From the NCBI GenBank assembly GCA_028688515.1, contig JAQTXZ010000002.1:25791-89790 (forward strand): a stretch of DNA of 64,000 bases, read 5' to 3'. The notes below the pieces were generated by a model. That model saw only the letters and a list, made by a program, of their open reading frames with translations. It made no database searches and had not been told where the DNA came from. Both the position numbers and the translations under genes were made by a program. Within the stretch, counting starts at the first letter, position 1. Each line of letters starts with the position of its first letter. Source of the stretch: Patescibacteria group bacterium. GTDB taxonomy: Bacteria > Patescibacteriota > Patescibacteriia > 2-12-FULL-60-25. Positions 9,255 to 20,241 of this stretch are shown here, in pieces.

Positions 9255-10490
9255 CTAGTTGGCGGAACTGAATTCGCTCAAGCGCCACTGACCGTGTTCG
9301 AAGGTCCAGAACAACTCGACGTTTTTGCCGTGAAGACTCACGTTGATGCGTACGTCTTCACCTTCGTCGAGTACGTTGTCCGAGGGGCTGATGTTGTCGC
9401 ATCTCTCGCCGGTGAGAACGCCGTTGCCGTCGTTGAAGAGCTCGAGAAGATACTTGGCCAGGGAGACCTTCATGCCCAGATACGGGTCATTGAGGAAGAC
9501 CTTCATCGCGTTTTCATCGTCGGCGTACTGATTGAATGCCGGTAACCCCTTCTGCGCCACCAGCTTGTAGGAGATCAGGGCGAGCAACATGTCAACGCGT
9601 GGCTTTGCCGATGACAGTTCGCTTACCAATTTGTAGCACGAGTCCTTGAGATGCGCGGTCATCCATTTGGCATCGGACCGGCTGGCGTGGATGGTCTCGG
9701 CGGATTGCACAGCCGCTTGGATTGCCTCGCCGGGAACGGCTACGTATACCTCGTGGTGCTGGGTGACGATAGCGGCGTTCACGCCGATGACTTGGTTGTC
9801 GGTCGTTACCAGCGGTCCGCCGCTCGAGCCGGGGTCGATCGCCGCAGTGTGCTGGATCCAGCAGAACTTTTTGCCGCTGTCGGTGATCTGATCGTCCTGC
9901 AGGCAGCGGTTGGAGACGTTGCCGCGCGTGATTTGGAAGTTGCCTTTCCTACCCATGGCGGGATAACCCACCGCGTTCACAACCTGAGACTCAGTGTACG
10001 TTGTTGTGACTTGGAGCCCGGGCACGGTGGTCGGAATCTCCAACACTGCCAGATCGTAGTTGTTGTCGATGAACAGGATCTTGGCAGTGATGTTGGTGTT
10101 TCCGCCGTCGAACGAGACCTGGGGCTTGTCGGAACCCTCGACCACGTGACGATTTGTCACCACCAGAGAATAGCCGCCGCCGGTGCGCGCCGTCACGAAG
10201 CCGCTGCCGCTCGCTTCGCGCAGAGCGTAGCTCATCAGGAACGCGCGGAACTGCTGGGAGAGGTCGCTGTCGTTGCTGATATTTAGGAACAGGTTGCGCA
10301 ACTCCATGGGAGTTGGCACCTGTATTAAGGCCGTTGAGGCCTTTGGATCTGCGGCAAGCGCGGTTGCCGCGGCCGACTGGCTGACAGTCGGCACAGGGGG
10401 CATCTCACCTCCTGTTCTCCCCGTTTTTTCGGGGCCGCAGGCAATGATCATGAGCGCGAACATCACGAACATCATTCCAAATTTCCTCAT
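9255..10490 (-). CDS. trypsin-like (S1 family) serine peptidase lipoprotein
   Basis: Start at MRKFGMMFVMFALMIIACG (lipobox) with AAAGGAAG upstream. Catalytic-triad contexts TNRHVV, DLAVLEI and DPGSSGGPLV. GC-rich gene between two tRNAs. Confidence 0.8.
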   Translation of the reverse strand: MRKFGMMFVMFALMIIACGPEKTGRTGGEMPPVPTVSQSAAATALAADPKASTALIQVPTPMELRNLFLNISNDSDLSQQFRAFLMSYALREASGSGFVTARTGGGYSLVVTNRHVVEGSDKPQVSFDGGNTNITAKILFIDNNYDLAVLEIPTTVPGLQVTTTYTESQVVNAVGYPAMGRKGNFQITRGNVSNRCLQDDQITDSGKKFCWIQHTAAIDPGSSGGPLVTTDNQVIGVNAAIVTQHHEVYVAVPGEAIQAAVQSAETIHASRSDAKWMTAHLKDSCYKLVSELSSAKPRVDMLLALISYKLVAQKGLPAFNQYADDENAMKVFLNDPYLGMKVSLAKYLLELFNDGNGVLTGERCDNISPSDNVLDEGEDVRINVSLHGKNVELFWTFEHGQWRLSEFSSAN

Positions 10491-10676
10491 CGTCTCATTA
10501 CTTCCTTTCGCTTCTAAGAGCGTCGAGAGTCTGTCATGAATAAGCTGTATCGTCAAGTGCTGTATCATTATCTGGTAAATTCATCACTCTTTACAAAATT
10601 AAGTCTTTTACATATACTTTCGGCGCGACATGTAACATATAACACGTGACATGTAACAAAAATTGTAATTGTTTAA

Positions 10677-10753
10677 GGACGGCTAGCTCAGTTGGTTAGA
10701 GCGTCACATTGACATTGTGAAGGTCAGAGGTTCAACTCCTCTGCCGTCCACCA
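10677..10753 (+). tRNA. tRNA-Val(GAC), CCA encoded
   Basis: GGACGGC/GCCGTCC acceptor stem, anticodon loop TTGACAT, T-arm AGAGGTTCAACTCCTCT. Followed by the hairpin AAATCCCCC...GGGGGATTT. Confidence 0.9.
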
Positions 10754-10793
10754 CATCAAATCCCCCACAGCGGGGGATTTTGATTTTTAAGTT

Positions 10794-12173
10794 ATGAGAT
10801 TGGCTAAATTCTTTAAATCATCTACACTGCTTGTTATGTCCATTGGCCAAGCTTGGCGCAAAACTGAAATCGCGATTTTATTTGCGCTGACCCTGGGAGT
10901 TTCCATTTTTATTTGGTGGTCAACATCCGGGGTTTTGTTGTTGAACGGCGGTCTGCCAATAATGCTGCGTTCAATCTCAAATTTGTTAGCAGTGCTGGCA
11001 GTCTTTTTTATTTTGTTGCAGCTCATGTTGATCGGCAGAGTCAAATGGATTGAGCAGGTTTTTGGTTTGGACAAATTGGCGCGCGTGCATCACGCAGTCG
11101 GTTTTAGCGTCATATTTTTTATTGTCGGCCATCCGCTTTTGCTGATCGCGAGTTCGTCATTGTTAACTCATCGAAGTTGGTATGTTACGTTTTGGAATTT
11201 TGTAAATTACATGGAAGATGTCGGAAGCGCTACAGTTGCAGTCGGACTGTTTCTCGTTTTGATCATCTTGGCCATCTTGATCGTACTGAAGAAATTGAAG
11301 TATGAGGCTTGGTATCTGACGCATCTGGCGATGTATGCCGCGGTGCTTTTGGCGTTCGGTCATCAACTGAATTTGGGAGATGATTTTGGCGCAATGTGGA
11401 CGATTGTGTTTTGGTATTTTTTGTACGTCTTTGTATTCGCGAACGTTTTGTATTATCGATTCTTTTCGCCTGTTTGGAATACTTGGCAGCATAAGTTTAT
11501 TGTCGACAAAGTCGTGCATGAAAACGATGACACGGTTTCGATTTATATTTCCGGACGCGATTTGGATAAATATAAAATCAAAGCCGGACAATTTTTCTTT
11601 TTCAGATTTTTGGACCGCAGCCGCTGGTGGCAGGCGCATCCTTTTTCGCTTTCGTGCTTGCCGAATGAAAAGTTTTTAAGGATTACGGTAAAAAATTTAG
11701 GAGACTACACGAGTGAACTCGCAAAAGTAAAACCCGGGACAAGAGTTTATATCGACGGACCGCATGGAGTTTTTATCGCAGATAAAATGAACACGGACAA
11801 ATGCCTTTTGATAGCAGGCGGTGTTGGCATCACTCCGGTCAGATCGCTGGTGGAGGATTTGCTTCAGCGCGGCAAAGATGTGATTTTGTTTTACGGCAAC
11901 CAAACGAAAAAAAGTTTGATCTTCGGCCAAGAGCTGGCGGATCTAGTCAGAAACAGCCGGCTTGAGGTCAAATACGTTTTAAGCGCAGAGCCGGAATGGC
12001 AAGGTGAAAAAGGTTTTATTGATCATGAAAAAATTCAGCGCCTTGTGCCGGATTATATGGAACGCGATATTTATGTTTGCGGCCCAAAGATGATGACTAA
12101 AATGATTCTACCCGCAATTAAAAGTTTGCACGTGCACAAAAGCCGGATACATTTTGAAAAGTTTAGTTTGTAG
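10794..12173 (+). CDS. ferric-reductase-like membrane flavoprotein (FRD TM domain + FAD/NAD-binding domain)
   Basis: N-terminal multi-TM domain with His pairs. HPFSLS (FAD) and LLIAGGVGITP (NAD) motifs. Confidence 0.75.
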   Translation: MRLAKFFKSSTLLVMSIGQAWRKTEIAILFALTLGVSIFIWWSTSGVLLLNGGLPIMLRSISNLLAVLAVFFILLQLMLIGRVKWIEQVFGLDKLARVHHAVGFSVIFFIVGHPLLLIASSSLLTHRSWYVTFWNFVNYMEDVGSATVAVGLFLVLIILAILIVLKKLKYEAWYLTHLAMYAAVLLAFGHQLNLGDDFGAMWTIVFWYFLYVFVFANVLYYRFFSPVWNTWQHKFIVDKVVHENDDTVSIYISGRDLDKYKIKAGQFFFFRFLDRSRWWQAHPFSLSCLPNEKFLRITVKNLGDYTSELAKVKPGTRVYIDGPHGVFIADKMNTDKCLLIAGGVGITPVRSLVEDLLQRGKDVILFYGNQTKKSLIFGQELADLVRNSRLEVKYVLSAEPEWQGEKGFIDHEKIQRLVPDYMERDIYVCGPKMMTKMILPAIKSLHVHKSRIHFEKFSL

Positions 12174-12525
12174 GCAAATCGTTTAACAATTTGATGATTT
12201 TTTCGTCGCCTTGCACGCAGGTTCTTCCGTCCCAAAGCAGGGGAACGCCTGCGGTTGAAAAATTTAAGTTGCAGGTTTGGATGGCTTTTACCAGCATGGC
12301 GGCGTTGTCTTGATTGTGAAAAACTTCCCTGACGTCGATGGATGAAAATTTGGGGTTGCCGTAAATTTTGTCCGCCACTATTTCGCAGTGCGTGCAACCT
12401 TGACCGACAAAAACAATCGTCTTGTCGTTTGGCAACTGAACATCTGGCTTGCTCTGACTGATTTTTGTGTTGCATCCCGCGCCGATCATCATCAGTCCGA
12501 TTGCGACGATTATCATTTGCTTCAT
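12163..12525 (-). CDS. thioredoxin-fold lipoprotein (CxxC)
   Basis: Lipobox LMMIGAGC. GQGCTHCE active-site-like motif. ATG overlaps the upstream stop (ATGA). Confidence 0.6.
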   Translation of the reverse strand: MKQMIIVAIGLMMIGAGCNTKISQSKPDVQLPNDKTIVFVGQGCTHCEIVADKIYGNPKFSSIDVREVFHNQDNAAMLVKAIQTCNLNFSTAGVPLLWDGRTCVQGDEKIIKLLNDLPTN

Positions 12526-13898
12526 ATTGTTGCTAAAGCCGCTAAAATCCAAAACTGCATGGCCAGATCATTTTTAAAATAAGGCATGTCAATCATTCCG
12601 TGCACCAAGATGACGATTAGCGGGATGACCCACAACCAGCGAGGCGGGTCCATGGTCCCGGGTCCATGGTCCTGGTTACTAAGTTGCTTGTAGGCCAGGA
12701 CTACGTACCTAGGACGCTGTACCATTTTCACCCAAGCCACGCAGATCCAAATAAACGCCAGCAAGCCGAGCAGACCCGTTTCTATCCAAACCATGAGAAT
12801 GATATTATGCGGATGAGGAAAAATTTCCATCCAGGTTGCGGTGTGATACGGAGCGATCGCCGTCTGATAACTGCGCAGACCCGTACCAAGCAAGGGATGA
12901 ACTTTGATGATTTGAATCGACTCTTGCCAGATGACAGTCCGAACCATACTCGACCAGCGTTTGGTCGAGAAAATTGTTGCGTCGATGTTCGTCGAATTTA
13001 ATTGCGTGCTAAGAATTTGATATCCGACAATTGCGGCGACAATTAGTCCTAAAGCGGACAGGGCGGCTCCAACACGTCGAGTTTTTTTGTTGATGATGAG
13101 CGTCAAAACGATACCGATTCCAAACGCGATTATCCCTCCCATCGATTTTGCCAAAACAACCGCCGTTCCCGCCGCAATCGTCGCCGATAAAAATAATATA
13201 GAATAAAAATTAACTCCGAAATTCTTAATTCTTAATTCATAATTCTTAATTTTTAAGAGTTCCATCCAACAGACGACTCCAAACGGTACAACAAAAAGCG
13301 ACAGCCCGTTTGGAAAACCAAACACTCCCGTAGCCCGTCGTCCCGGCCACGCATCCCACGGATGCGGAATGCCCCAGCCTGTCGCGAATTGCACAATCGC
13401 ATATAATCCAAGCATGATCGTCACTGCAGAGATGCCATACATCAACCACTGTTTTGTACCTCTCTTATTAAGGGGGGCAGGGGGGATCAAGTTCGTCAGC
13501 ATGACGAAAATCAAAATCGGTTCCAGCATGAAAGCGCGCCAATGACCGAACGCGCCCCATTTGTCTTGCGCAACAAGGGCTGCGATGAGCGTCGCAACCA
13601 GCCACGCCGTAATCGGCCACACCCAGCGGCGCAGCGCGGCGTTGTTCTGTAGAGACGCAAAATCTTGCGTCTTGCTCACCAGCCAAATCGCAAACGAAAC
13701 CAACACAAACACCTCCAACGCAGTCGTCGGCAGCGGTCCGATGTTGAAGCGAATGACGTATAACGGAAGAAAGATGGGCAACAAGAAAGCCCACACGTCG
13801 AATATCGAATATCCGCTTCGCTGAATATCCGCTTCGCTGAATATCCGCTTCGCTGAATGTCGAATATCGAATTTCGAAAATAATTTTCCAAAATTCAT
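12522..13898 (-). CDS. O-antigen ligase/polymerase (Wzy-like) family membrane protein, start uncertain
   Basis: About 12 TM helices with a large loop. Lies directly downstream of a flippase gene. The N-terminus and two internal segments are encoded by repeat elements. An alternative GTG start is near 13796. Confidence 0.55.
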   Translation of the reverse strand: MNFGKLFSKFDIRHSAKRIFSEADIQRSGYSIFDVWAFLLPIFLPLYVIRFNIGPLPTTALEVFVLVSFAIWLVSKTQDFASLQNNAALRRWVWPITAWLVATLIAALVAQDKWGAFGHWRAFMLEPILIFVMLTNLIPPAPLNKRGTKQWLMYGISAVTIMLGLYAIVQFATGWGIPHPWDAWPGRRATGVFGFPNGLSLFVVPFGVVCWMELLKIKNYELRIKNFGVNFYSILFLSATIAAGTAVVLAKSMGGIIAFGIGIVLTLIINKKTRRVGAALSALGLIVAAIVGYQILSTQLNSTNIDATIFSTKRWSSMVRTVIWQESIQIIKVHPLLGTGLRSYQTAIAPYHTATWMEIFPHPHNIILMVWIETGLLGLLAFIWICVAWVKMVQRPRYVVLAYKQLSNQDHGPGTMDPPRWLWVIPLIVILVHGMIDMPYFKNDLAMQFWILAALATI

Positions 13899-13911
13899 AA
13901 TTCTTAATTTT
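13798..13911 (-). repeat. composite repeat element (inverted copy of 5754-5843) with 3 tandem GAATATCCGCTTCGCT units
   Basis: Direct reading. Fills the spacer between the flippase stop (13913) and the ligase-like gene, and is read through as coding. Confidence 0.85.
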
Positions 13912-13912
13912 G

Positions 13913-15367
13913 TTAGATGACGTCGATAGTTGCTTCTCCGCGGCGCATGGCGAAAATTTCTTTGAGTGTTTCTTTGGAAATTGCGCCGGTAATAACAGTT
14001 AAGGCGGCGTAGACGATCACGCCGACGGCGATCGGGATCGGCAGCCAAAGATTCTGCAGCGGAAGGATCGTGAGCGCCATCACGAGTGATGCGAAAAGTG
14101 ATTTAAGAGTAACGCTCCACGAAAATCCTTTGGGGGATGCTTCAAGCGCAATCAAAGTCGATGCGACGGCAACTGCGGTTTCCGAAGCGACGGTCAGCCA
14201 GGCCGCAGCAACCATGCCGTACTGCGGAATCAGCGCCACATAACCAATAACCGTTAAAACTGCGACGATGATATAAACCGGCAGCATCTTCATCTGTTTA
14301 TTGACGGCGACCACGACGTGCGAAGATATTGTTCCAAAGTATATAACAGCGGTCGCGATGGCGAGAATCTTCAAAATTTGACCCGAAGCGGCATAGTCTT
14401 GTCCGGAGATAAAAATCATGGCAGGCACGCCCATTACGATAATGCCGATTGCCATCGGTATGGCGATTAAAATCATGACGTTGTAACTTTGCCGCAAAAG
14501 ATGCGCAAAACGGTCAGCGTTCTTTTTGGCCCAAGCGTGCGCCAAAAGCGGCAGCATAACCCCTGCAAGCATGAACGGAAAAGTCACCAGGATTTCCAGG
14601 ACGCGATAAGCTGCGCTGTAAATGCCGACTTCCGCAGCCGGTCGAACGAGTGAAAGAATAAGCGTGTCAGCTTTGAAATATGCGAGATTAAAAAAAATCG
14701 AAACGCCGATGGGCCAGGATCGCGTTAAAAGTTCTTTCCAAAAAGCCGTGTCCCAGTTCCATTTGAAAGATGCGTAATGTCTGGCGACCCACCAGTTTAT
14801 TATCAAATTGCAAGCGCTGCCGATCGAAACAAAAATCACGATGGGGATCAATCCGAGATTCAGCGCAATGGCGACAAGCAGTCCGATGAGCAAAATTGCG
14901 CGGCCCAAAACTTCGCTGATCGCAACGATGTGCATCTTTAAGTGTCTTTGCTGCACGCCGATGACGACCTGATTCAACGACGCGGAAAAGAAAGATGCCC
15001 ACAAAGCAAAGATGGCGAGTTTAACTTCCCATGCGTACGGAAACAACAAACTGATAAAGGGTGCGATGCCCAAAATCAAAATGCCGGTGGCAATCCGGAA
15101 CGTCATAGTTGCGCTCACCGCGCGATTTTCGTATTTTTCGTCTCCTTTGTGTTCGCCCAGCATCTGTACGAGCATCACGTTGATGCCAAGATCGAGCATG
15201 ATGGCAAAGATTTGAAAGAAAGCGTTTGCCGTGGAATAATACCCAAAGCCGATCAGGCCCAGATGCCTTGTCATGATGGCAATGCCGGCAACTCCAAGCA
15301 AAGTTGAAATAACTTTGCCCACGGCCTGCGAACCTGTGTTCCATGCAATCACGCGAGTTTCACTCAT
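13913..15367 (-). CDS. MOP/Wzx-type polysaccharide flippase
   Basis: 484 aa, about 14 TM helices. N-terminal GKVISTLLGVAGIAIMTRHLGLIGFGYY is typical of polysaccharide-biosynthesis (Wzx/MurJ-like) proteins. Confidence 0.7.
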   Translation of the reverse strand: MSETRVIAWNTGSQAVGKVISTLLGVAGIAIMTRHLGLIGFGYYSTANAFFQIFAIMLDLGINVMLVQMLGEHKGDEKYENRAVSATMTFRIATGILILGIAPFISLLFPYAWEVKLAIFALWASFFSASLNQVVIGVQQRHLKMHIVAISEVLGRAILLIGLLVAIALNLGLIPIVIFVSIGSACNLIINWWVARHYASFKWNWDTAFWKELLTRSWPIGVSIFFNLAYFKADTLILSLVRPAAEVGIYSAAYRVLEILVTFPFMLAGVMLPLLAHAWAKKNADRFAHLLRQSYNVMILIAIPMAIGIIVMGVPAMIFISGQDYAASGQILKILAIATAVIYFGTISSHVVVAVNKQMKMLPVYIIVAVLTVIGYVALIPQYGMVAAAWLTVASETAVAVASTLIALEASPKGFSWSVTLKSLFASLVMALTILPLQNLWLPIPIAVGVIVYAALTVITGAISKETLKEIFAMRRGEATIDVI

Positions 15368-15551
15368 AAGCTGTATTCTGTCACAAACCGGCTAACATGT
15401 CATCCTCGGGCGTAGTTCGACGACGTAAAGTCGCGTGGCGACCACGTCGCTTTACGCGAAGACCCGGGGATCTAATAAAATCAATTTGTTTCAATTTAAT
15501 GTTATTGGATTCCCGCCTCAACTAACCGCGGGAATGACAGAAAAATAAATT

Positions 15552-15803
15552 ATGTCCAAAAAGATTTCTCCCGGCGGCGACCATATGTCGGATGCCTCAC
15601 AACAGCCTGCGCAACAGATGATACAGGCCTCCAAAAACCAAAGACCGGCAGATGATACTTCCGGCGGGCTTTCGGCTAACCCGCGTATGAAACTTGCGGT
15701 TAATAAAATCGTCCACACGCCCGAAACTCCGGCGGATTACGAAAAAAGAGTTAAACTTGATCGGGAGTTAAGGAGTATCAAGGGCGATCAAGATATCAAA
15801 TAA
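15552..15803 (+). CDS. small hydrophilic hypothetical protein
   Basis: 83-aa ORF followed by a long AT-rich hairpin (15795-15860). No clear RBS. Confidence 0.35.
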   Translation: MSKKISPGGDHMSDASQQPAQQMIQASKNQRPADDTSGGLSANPRMKLAVNKIVHTPETPADYEKRVKLDRELRSIKGDQDIK

Positions 15804-16105
15804 CAAATAGCAAGAGCAACTAAGCGACTCTTGTTATTTGCTATTTGATATATGTTATTTGTTCCAGTCGCTTAACCGTCATGTTTTTGACCGAAGCCTC
15901 AAAAAATGCTATACTTAAATAAATAACCAAGAACCAAAAACACAAGAACCAATAATGACCGTACGTTTTATTCTCGCTATTATTTCTTGGAATTTAATTG
16001 GATATTGGCACTTGGTTATTGGAACTTAAAGATTCTATGCGGTTCTTAGCCCAAATATTCGGACAAGAGGCCAAACTATTTAATGTCTCTATTCGGAGAT
16101 ATTTG

Positions 16106-17944
16106 ATGGTTTGGCCTTTTTTAGGTCTTTTTTTATTGGCGGCTTTACCGGTGCAGGCTTATACCATTGTAGAAAAATCCAAAGTTCAACTGTTACCGGG
16201 AGAAGTTAAGCGTATTTTTGTCTCAATAAATAATCAGACGGGTCAAGTTTGGACGGGAGGTAATGGAAAAATCGCGCTTTATCTTTACGGCAGTTCCAGC
16301 GTTTTGCGCGACAGCAGTTGGAAGACGGCTGATTTGCCGGCCAATATAGATCAAAAAACAGTCTTGCCCGGGCAAGTGGCGACAGTATCGTTTAATGTAA
16401 AAGCGCCAGCTAAAGTCGGTACGTACATGGAACGGTTTTTGCTGGGCGATGGCAAAACATGGCAAAAAGATACGGTTATCGAAATATCTTTCGTTGTGCA
16501 GGGAGCTGCTGCATCTGTTGCGCCGACGGCAACCACTCAACCCTCTGCCGGCACGCCGGTCAATACGTCTAACAACGCCGCTGCGAGCGGCGCATCGGAT
16601 AGCGAGGCGTATGCCGCCAAACTTTTGTTAAAACCGAGCGGACCGTTTTCGATTTCCGGCAACGGTACATTGTCGGTGAACTTTGGAATAAAAAATATCG
16701 GCTCGGAAAGCTGGAAAAAACAAACCATTGTTTTAAAAGAAGTGATTCCCAATTTGGGAGTAAGACTTGCGAGCGTGCGCCACGATTCTTGGGTTTCGGG
16801 TACAAATGTCGTCGATGTCAGCAATCCTGTGGCACCAGGGACATTGGGTCTTTATGGTTTTAAAATTAAAGCTCCGGCCAAAAGCGGAACGTACACCGTG
16901 CGCTTTGCTGTACGAGCAGACGATCAAGAGGTTGATGGAGGAGAGATCGACATTCCTGTAACAGTCACGGCGGATGGCTACATCGCGCCCGAGCCGACAA
17001 CTCAAACTACAACTCAGACAACAAATTCGCAGCCGTCGGTCGTTACAAATGCAGATCCGGCCAACTTGCCTTCAGAGCCGATTATTCGAGTTGGTCTTTA
17101 TGCCACAACTGACGACGCATCTGTTCTTCGCGGGATTATTACCGGCATGAACTTGACGCAAAACGGCAATACTATTTGCACTGTTGGAGTCGGGCAAGAA
17201 ATCAGAATCGTTTTTGACCGCGCCAACAAAGTCTATAAGGCTACAGGCAGCGGTTGTACGACTCAATCCGGCAATTTTTACGTTGCTGTTGCTACGGACG
17301 GAGTTTCGCCACTCGAAGTTACGGATTTTTCACGCCCCGTTTCTTGGCTGCCGGGCGCAAATGACAATAAATTCCGCGGCAAACTGGAACTGCGTTATGC
17401 GCCAAAAACGGATACGGTTTGGTTAATCAACGAGCTTCCGGTCGAGACCTATCTTAAAGGCATTGCGGAAACGTCAGATGTGAGTCCCATGGAATTTCAA
17501 AAAACATTGCTTACAGCTGCACGTACTTATGCCATGTATCACGTGCAGCGTGCAACGAAACATGCAGACGAATATTATATTGTAGATGCCAAGTATGACC
17601 AGGTTTATAGAGGCTACGGACAAGAGGCCCGCAGTCCGCATATTGTCGAAGCGGTTGATGCTACGCGCGGTTCAGTAGTCCAGTATCAAGGCAAAATCGC
17701 CATCACGCCATACTTTTCGCGTTCGGATGGCCGCACTCGCGATTGGAGCGAGGTTTGGGGCGGGGAAGTTGCTTGGTGCAAAGGCGTGTCTGTTCCCCAA
17801 GATATCGGTAAAACTCTTTGGGGCCACGGCGTCGGCTTAAGCGCATCGGGGGCTTTGCAGATGGCGGCGCATGAAGGCAAAACCTACGATCAAATTCTAA
17901 AATATTTCTATACGGGGATAGAGCTGGTGAGGATATACAGGTAG
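16106..17944 (+). CDS. SpoIID/LytB-domain protein with N-terminal Ig-like repeats
   Basis: Signal peptide MVWPFLGLFLLAALPVQA. C-terminal ETYLKGIAE, ARTYAMYH, YDQVYRGY and ITPYFSRSDGRT motifs of the SpoIID family. Confidence 0.75.
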   Translation: MVWPFLGLFLLAALPVQAYTIVEKSKVQLLPGEVKRIFVSINNQTGQVWTGGNGKIALYLYGSSSVLRDSSWKTADLPANIDQKTVLPGQVATVSFNVKAPAKVGTYMERFLLGDGKTWQKDTVIEISFVVQGAAASVAPTATTQPSAGTPVNTSNNAAASGASDSEAYAAKLLLKPSGPFSISGNGTLSVNFGIKNIGSESWKKQTIVLKEVIPNLGVRLASVRHDSWVSGTNVVDVSNPVAPGTLGLYGFKIKAPAKSGTYTVRFAVRADDQEVDGGEIDIPVTVTADGYIAPEPTTQTTTQTTNSQPSVVTNADPANLPSEPIIRVGLYATTDDASVLRGIITGMNLTQNGNTICTVGVGQEIRIVFDRANKVYKATGSGCTTQSGNFYVAVATDGVSPLEVTDFSRPVSWLPGANDNKFRGKLELRYAPKTDTVWLINELPVETYLKGIAETSDVSPMEFQKTLLTAARTYAMYHVQRATKHADEYYIVDAKYDQVYRGYGQEARSPHIVEAVDATRGSVVQYQGKIAITPYFSRSDGRTRDWSEVWGGEVAWCKGVSVPQDIGKTLWGHGVGLSASGALQMAAHEGKTYDQILKYFYTGIELVRIYR

Positions 17945-18016
17945 CTCACAACTGACAACTGACAACTGACAAGAGCAACTAAGCAACTCTTGTTAGTTGT
18001 TAGTTGTAAGTTCGAG

Positions 18017-18637
18017 TTACGGCTCCAAACCTCTTGCCGTTTTTTCTTTTATCGCGTTGTGATGTTCGATTTCTGTAGACTCGATGGCTTCCATCGCTTC
18101 GTCCAAATGTTCTTTGCGGTCAATTTCGGCAAGCTCGAGGATTTTTTTTGCGATTTCATTCGGATGATGGACGTCTTCAAAAGTAAAATATTCTTTTTCA
18201 CCGGCTGTCTGTACAAAGACCATGCCAAAATCCAGCATGGTGCGTACAAAACCGTCCACTTTTGCCGTCACGTCTTGCACGCGATAGAGACGAAGTTCAG
18301 AAGTCGTTCGTGAGAACAGGCCGTTTTGTTCGATATTCATGATGCGGCGGTTGGTGACGATCCACATATCCAGCCAATAATCCAAAAAGTTTTGATAAAT
18401 GAACATGATGACGAATAAAAAGAAAAGTCCGCCAAACATAACAAAAACGGCCATTAACTGTTGATTGAGATAGTATGTCGGATGCAAAATAAGAATAAAG
18501 AGATACGCGGCAAAAGGTAAAACTATGACAATTACAAAAGAAATAATCAATGCAAGAATCGTTATCGGATGACGGCGGTACAGCCCTATCGGTTTTTCGT
18601 CTGGAAGCGCGCCGGGTAATTTATTCACATGAAACAT
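18017..18637 (-). CDS. membrane protein with bacterial PH (YdbS/YdbT-like) domain
   Basis: Two TM helices, then a domain resembling bPH_2 (NRRIMNIEQNGLFSRTTSELRLYRVQDV). Confidence 0.5.
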   Translation of the reverse strand: MFHVNKLPGALPDEKPIGLYRRHPITILALIISFVIVIVLPFAAYLFILILHPTYYLNQQLMAVFVMFGGLFFLFVIMFIYQNFLDYWLDMWIVTNRRIMNIEQNGLFSRTTSELRLYRVQDVTAKVDGFVRTMLDFGMVFVQTAGEKEYFTFEDVHHPNEIAKKILELAEIDRKEHLDEAMEAIESTEIEHHNAIKEKTARGLEP

Positions 18638-18696
18638 ATATTTGTCGTGACGGATGACTAACGACTAATGACTAATGATGAACGATTGATGATCAA

Positions 18697-18951
18697 TTAG
18701 AACAGCGGGGTTTGGCCGACGTTTAACAGCGCGCTAATGTCCAATCCGGACTTGAGGTCAACGCCCGAAAGATATCCGATTGTTCCGACAATAACCACAG
18801 CTACGATAAGTGCGAAAACCGCAGTCGAAATTTCCGTGACCGGATGAGCTAAGCCAAAGCGCAGCATTTGCAAAACGCTAAAACCGGCGAGTATGAAAAA
18901 CAGGCCAAGCACAATCACCCAGAGGATAAGAAAATAAATGAGAGGGATCAT
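18697..18951 (-). CDS. small 3-TM membrane protein
   Basis: ATG at 18951 (MIPLIYFLILWVIVLGLFF). The longer ORF upstream runs through REP-like repeats. Confidence 0.5.
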   Translation of the reverse strand: MIPLIYFLILWVIVLGLFFILAGFSVLQMLRFGLAHPVTEISTAVFALIVAVVIVGTIGYLSGVDLKSGLDISALLNVGQTPLF

Positions 18952-19060
18952 GTGGCTATTATAGCATCTGCTTGTCATTCCTGCGAAAGCGGGAATCCAG
19001 AAAAATAAACAAAAAGAAAATCGGATGGATCCTCGCATCCGCAAGGATGACAGAAGGGCG

Positions 19061-20074
19061 TTATAAAAGTTGTAAGTTTTCCGGCAGCGGATATCCCAGA
19101 TGCTTGTAAGCGAGTTCTGTGGCGACTCTGCCGCGCGGCGTGCGGGCGATAAAGCCTTCTTGTAATAAAAACGGCTCCAACACGTCTTCGAGCGTGTCGG
19201 TTTCTTCTGCCATGGCAGCGGCGAGGGTGGAAAGCCCGGCTGGTCCTCCGTTGAATTTTTCAATTAAAAGTTTGAGTGCGCGGCGGTCCGTATCATCCAA
19301 TCCGCGGTCATCGATGTTTAATGCTTTAAGCGCTCCAGTGACAGCCGTTTCATCAAAAACTCCTTCGTTTCTGACTTCGGCAAAATCGCGCACGCGTCTT
19401 AAAAGTCTGTTTGAAATGCGCGGCGTACGTCTTGATCTTGTCGCTACGCTGTTCGCTGTCGCTTTATCGATATTGATTCCCAAAAGTCCGGCGCTGCGTT
19501 CCACGATTGCCGTCATCTCGTCCGGTCCGTAGAATTCAAGGTGAAAAATGGAGCCAAAGCGGTCGCGTAACGGGCCGGAGAGCAGGCTGAGGCGAGTTGT
19601 CGCGCCGATCAAAGTAAAGTGTTTAAGGTCGAGTCTTAATGTCCTTGCCGCAGGACCTTTGCCGATTACCAAGTCCAGCGCATAGTCTTCCATTGCGGGA
19701 TAAAGTACCTCTTCGATGTTGCGGTTCATGCGGTGAATTTCATCAACAAACAAAATGTCGCCTTCCTCCAAGTTAGTCAGAATCGCCGCCAAGTCGCCGA
19801 CACGCTCCAGGGCTGGTCCGCTGGTGACTTTTACATGCGCTCCCATCTCATTTGCGATAACGTGCGCCAAAGTTGTTTTGCCCAAACCAGGCGGGCCGTA
19901 AAAAAGTACGTGTTCGCAGGGTTGGCCGCGTTTTTTAGCCGCTTCCAAAAAAATGCCCAGGTTTTCTTTAACCATTGGCTGGCCGATGAACTCCGCCAAA
20001 CTTTTTGGCCGCAACGAAAGGTCGATCCTTTCTTCGCCCGCAAGCTCCCCGGGTGCGATGATGCGTTCTTCCAT
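19061..20074 (-). CDS. ruvB: Holliday junction branch migration ATPase RuvB
   Basis: [11 protein letters not shown] Walker [10 protein letters not shown] Walker B, full-length RuvB-like sequence. Confidence 0.95.
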   Translation of the reverse strand: MEERIIAPGELAGEERIDLSLRPKSLAEFIGQPMVKENLGIFLEAAKKRGQPCEHVLFYGPPGLGKTTLAHVIANEMGAHVKVTSGPALERVGDLAAILTNLEEGDILFVDEIHRMNRNIEEVLYPAMEDYALDLVIGKGPAARTLRLDLKHFTLIGATTRLSLLSGPLRDRFGSIFHLEFYGPDEMTAIVERSAGLLGINIDKATANSVATRSRRTPRISNRLLRRVRDFAEVRNEGVFDETAVTGALKALNIDDRGLDDTDRRALKLLIEKFNGGPAGLSTLAAAMAEETDTLEDVLEPFLLQEGFIARTPRGRVATELAYKHLGYPLPENLQLL

Positions 20075-20241
20075 ACTCCAACAGATTAGTCCATAAAGTC
20101 CTTAAAGTCCATAAAGTTGTCGGAAAACCTCAGTCTCGTCGAACTCGACAGCTCCTTTGTCAAGGAGCTGTTTTGAGTAACTTAGCAACAAAGTAACTCT
20201 TGTTAGTTGTCACTTGTCACTCGTTATTTTATAATGTCCCC

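Noticed and set aside
13798-13860. Tandem GAATATCCGCTTCGCT units considered as a mini CRISPR array.
   Set aside because: The units are head-to-tail with no unique spacers, there are only about 3 copies, and the same sequence is part of a dispersed composite repeat.
13899-14048. Arg-rich 50-aa N-terminal extension of the Wzy-like ORF. The same applies to the 17-aa extension of the ATPase ORF (23341-23391) and the extension of the small membrane protein (18952-19263).
   Set aside because: The extensions overlap the upstream gene or run through repeat elements and have implausible composition. Internal starts give sensible N-termini.
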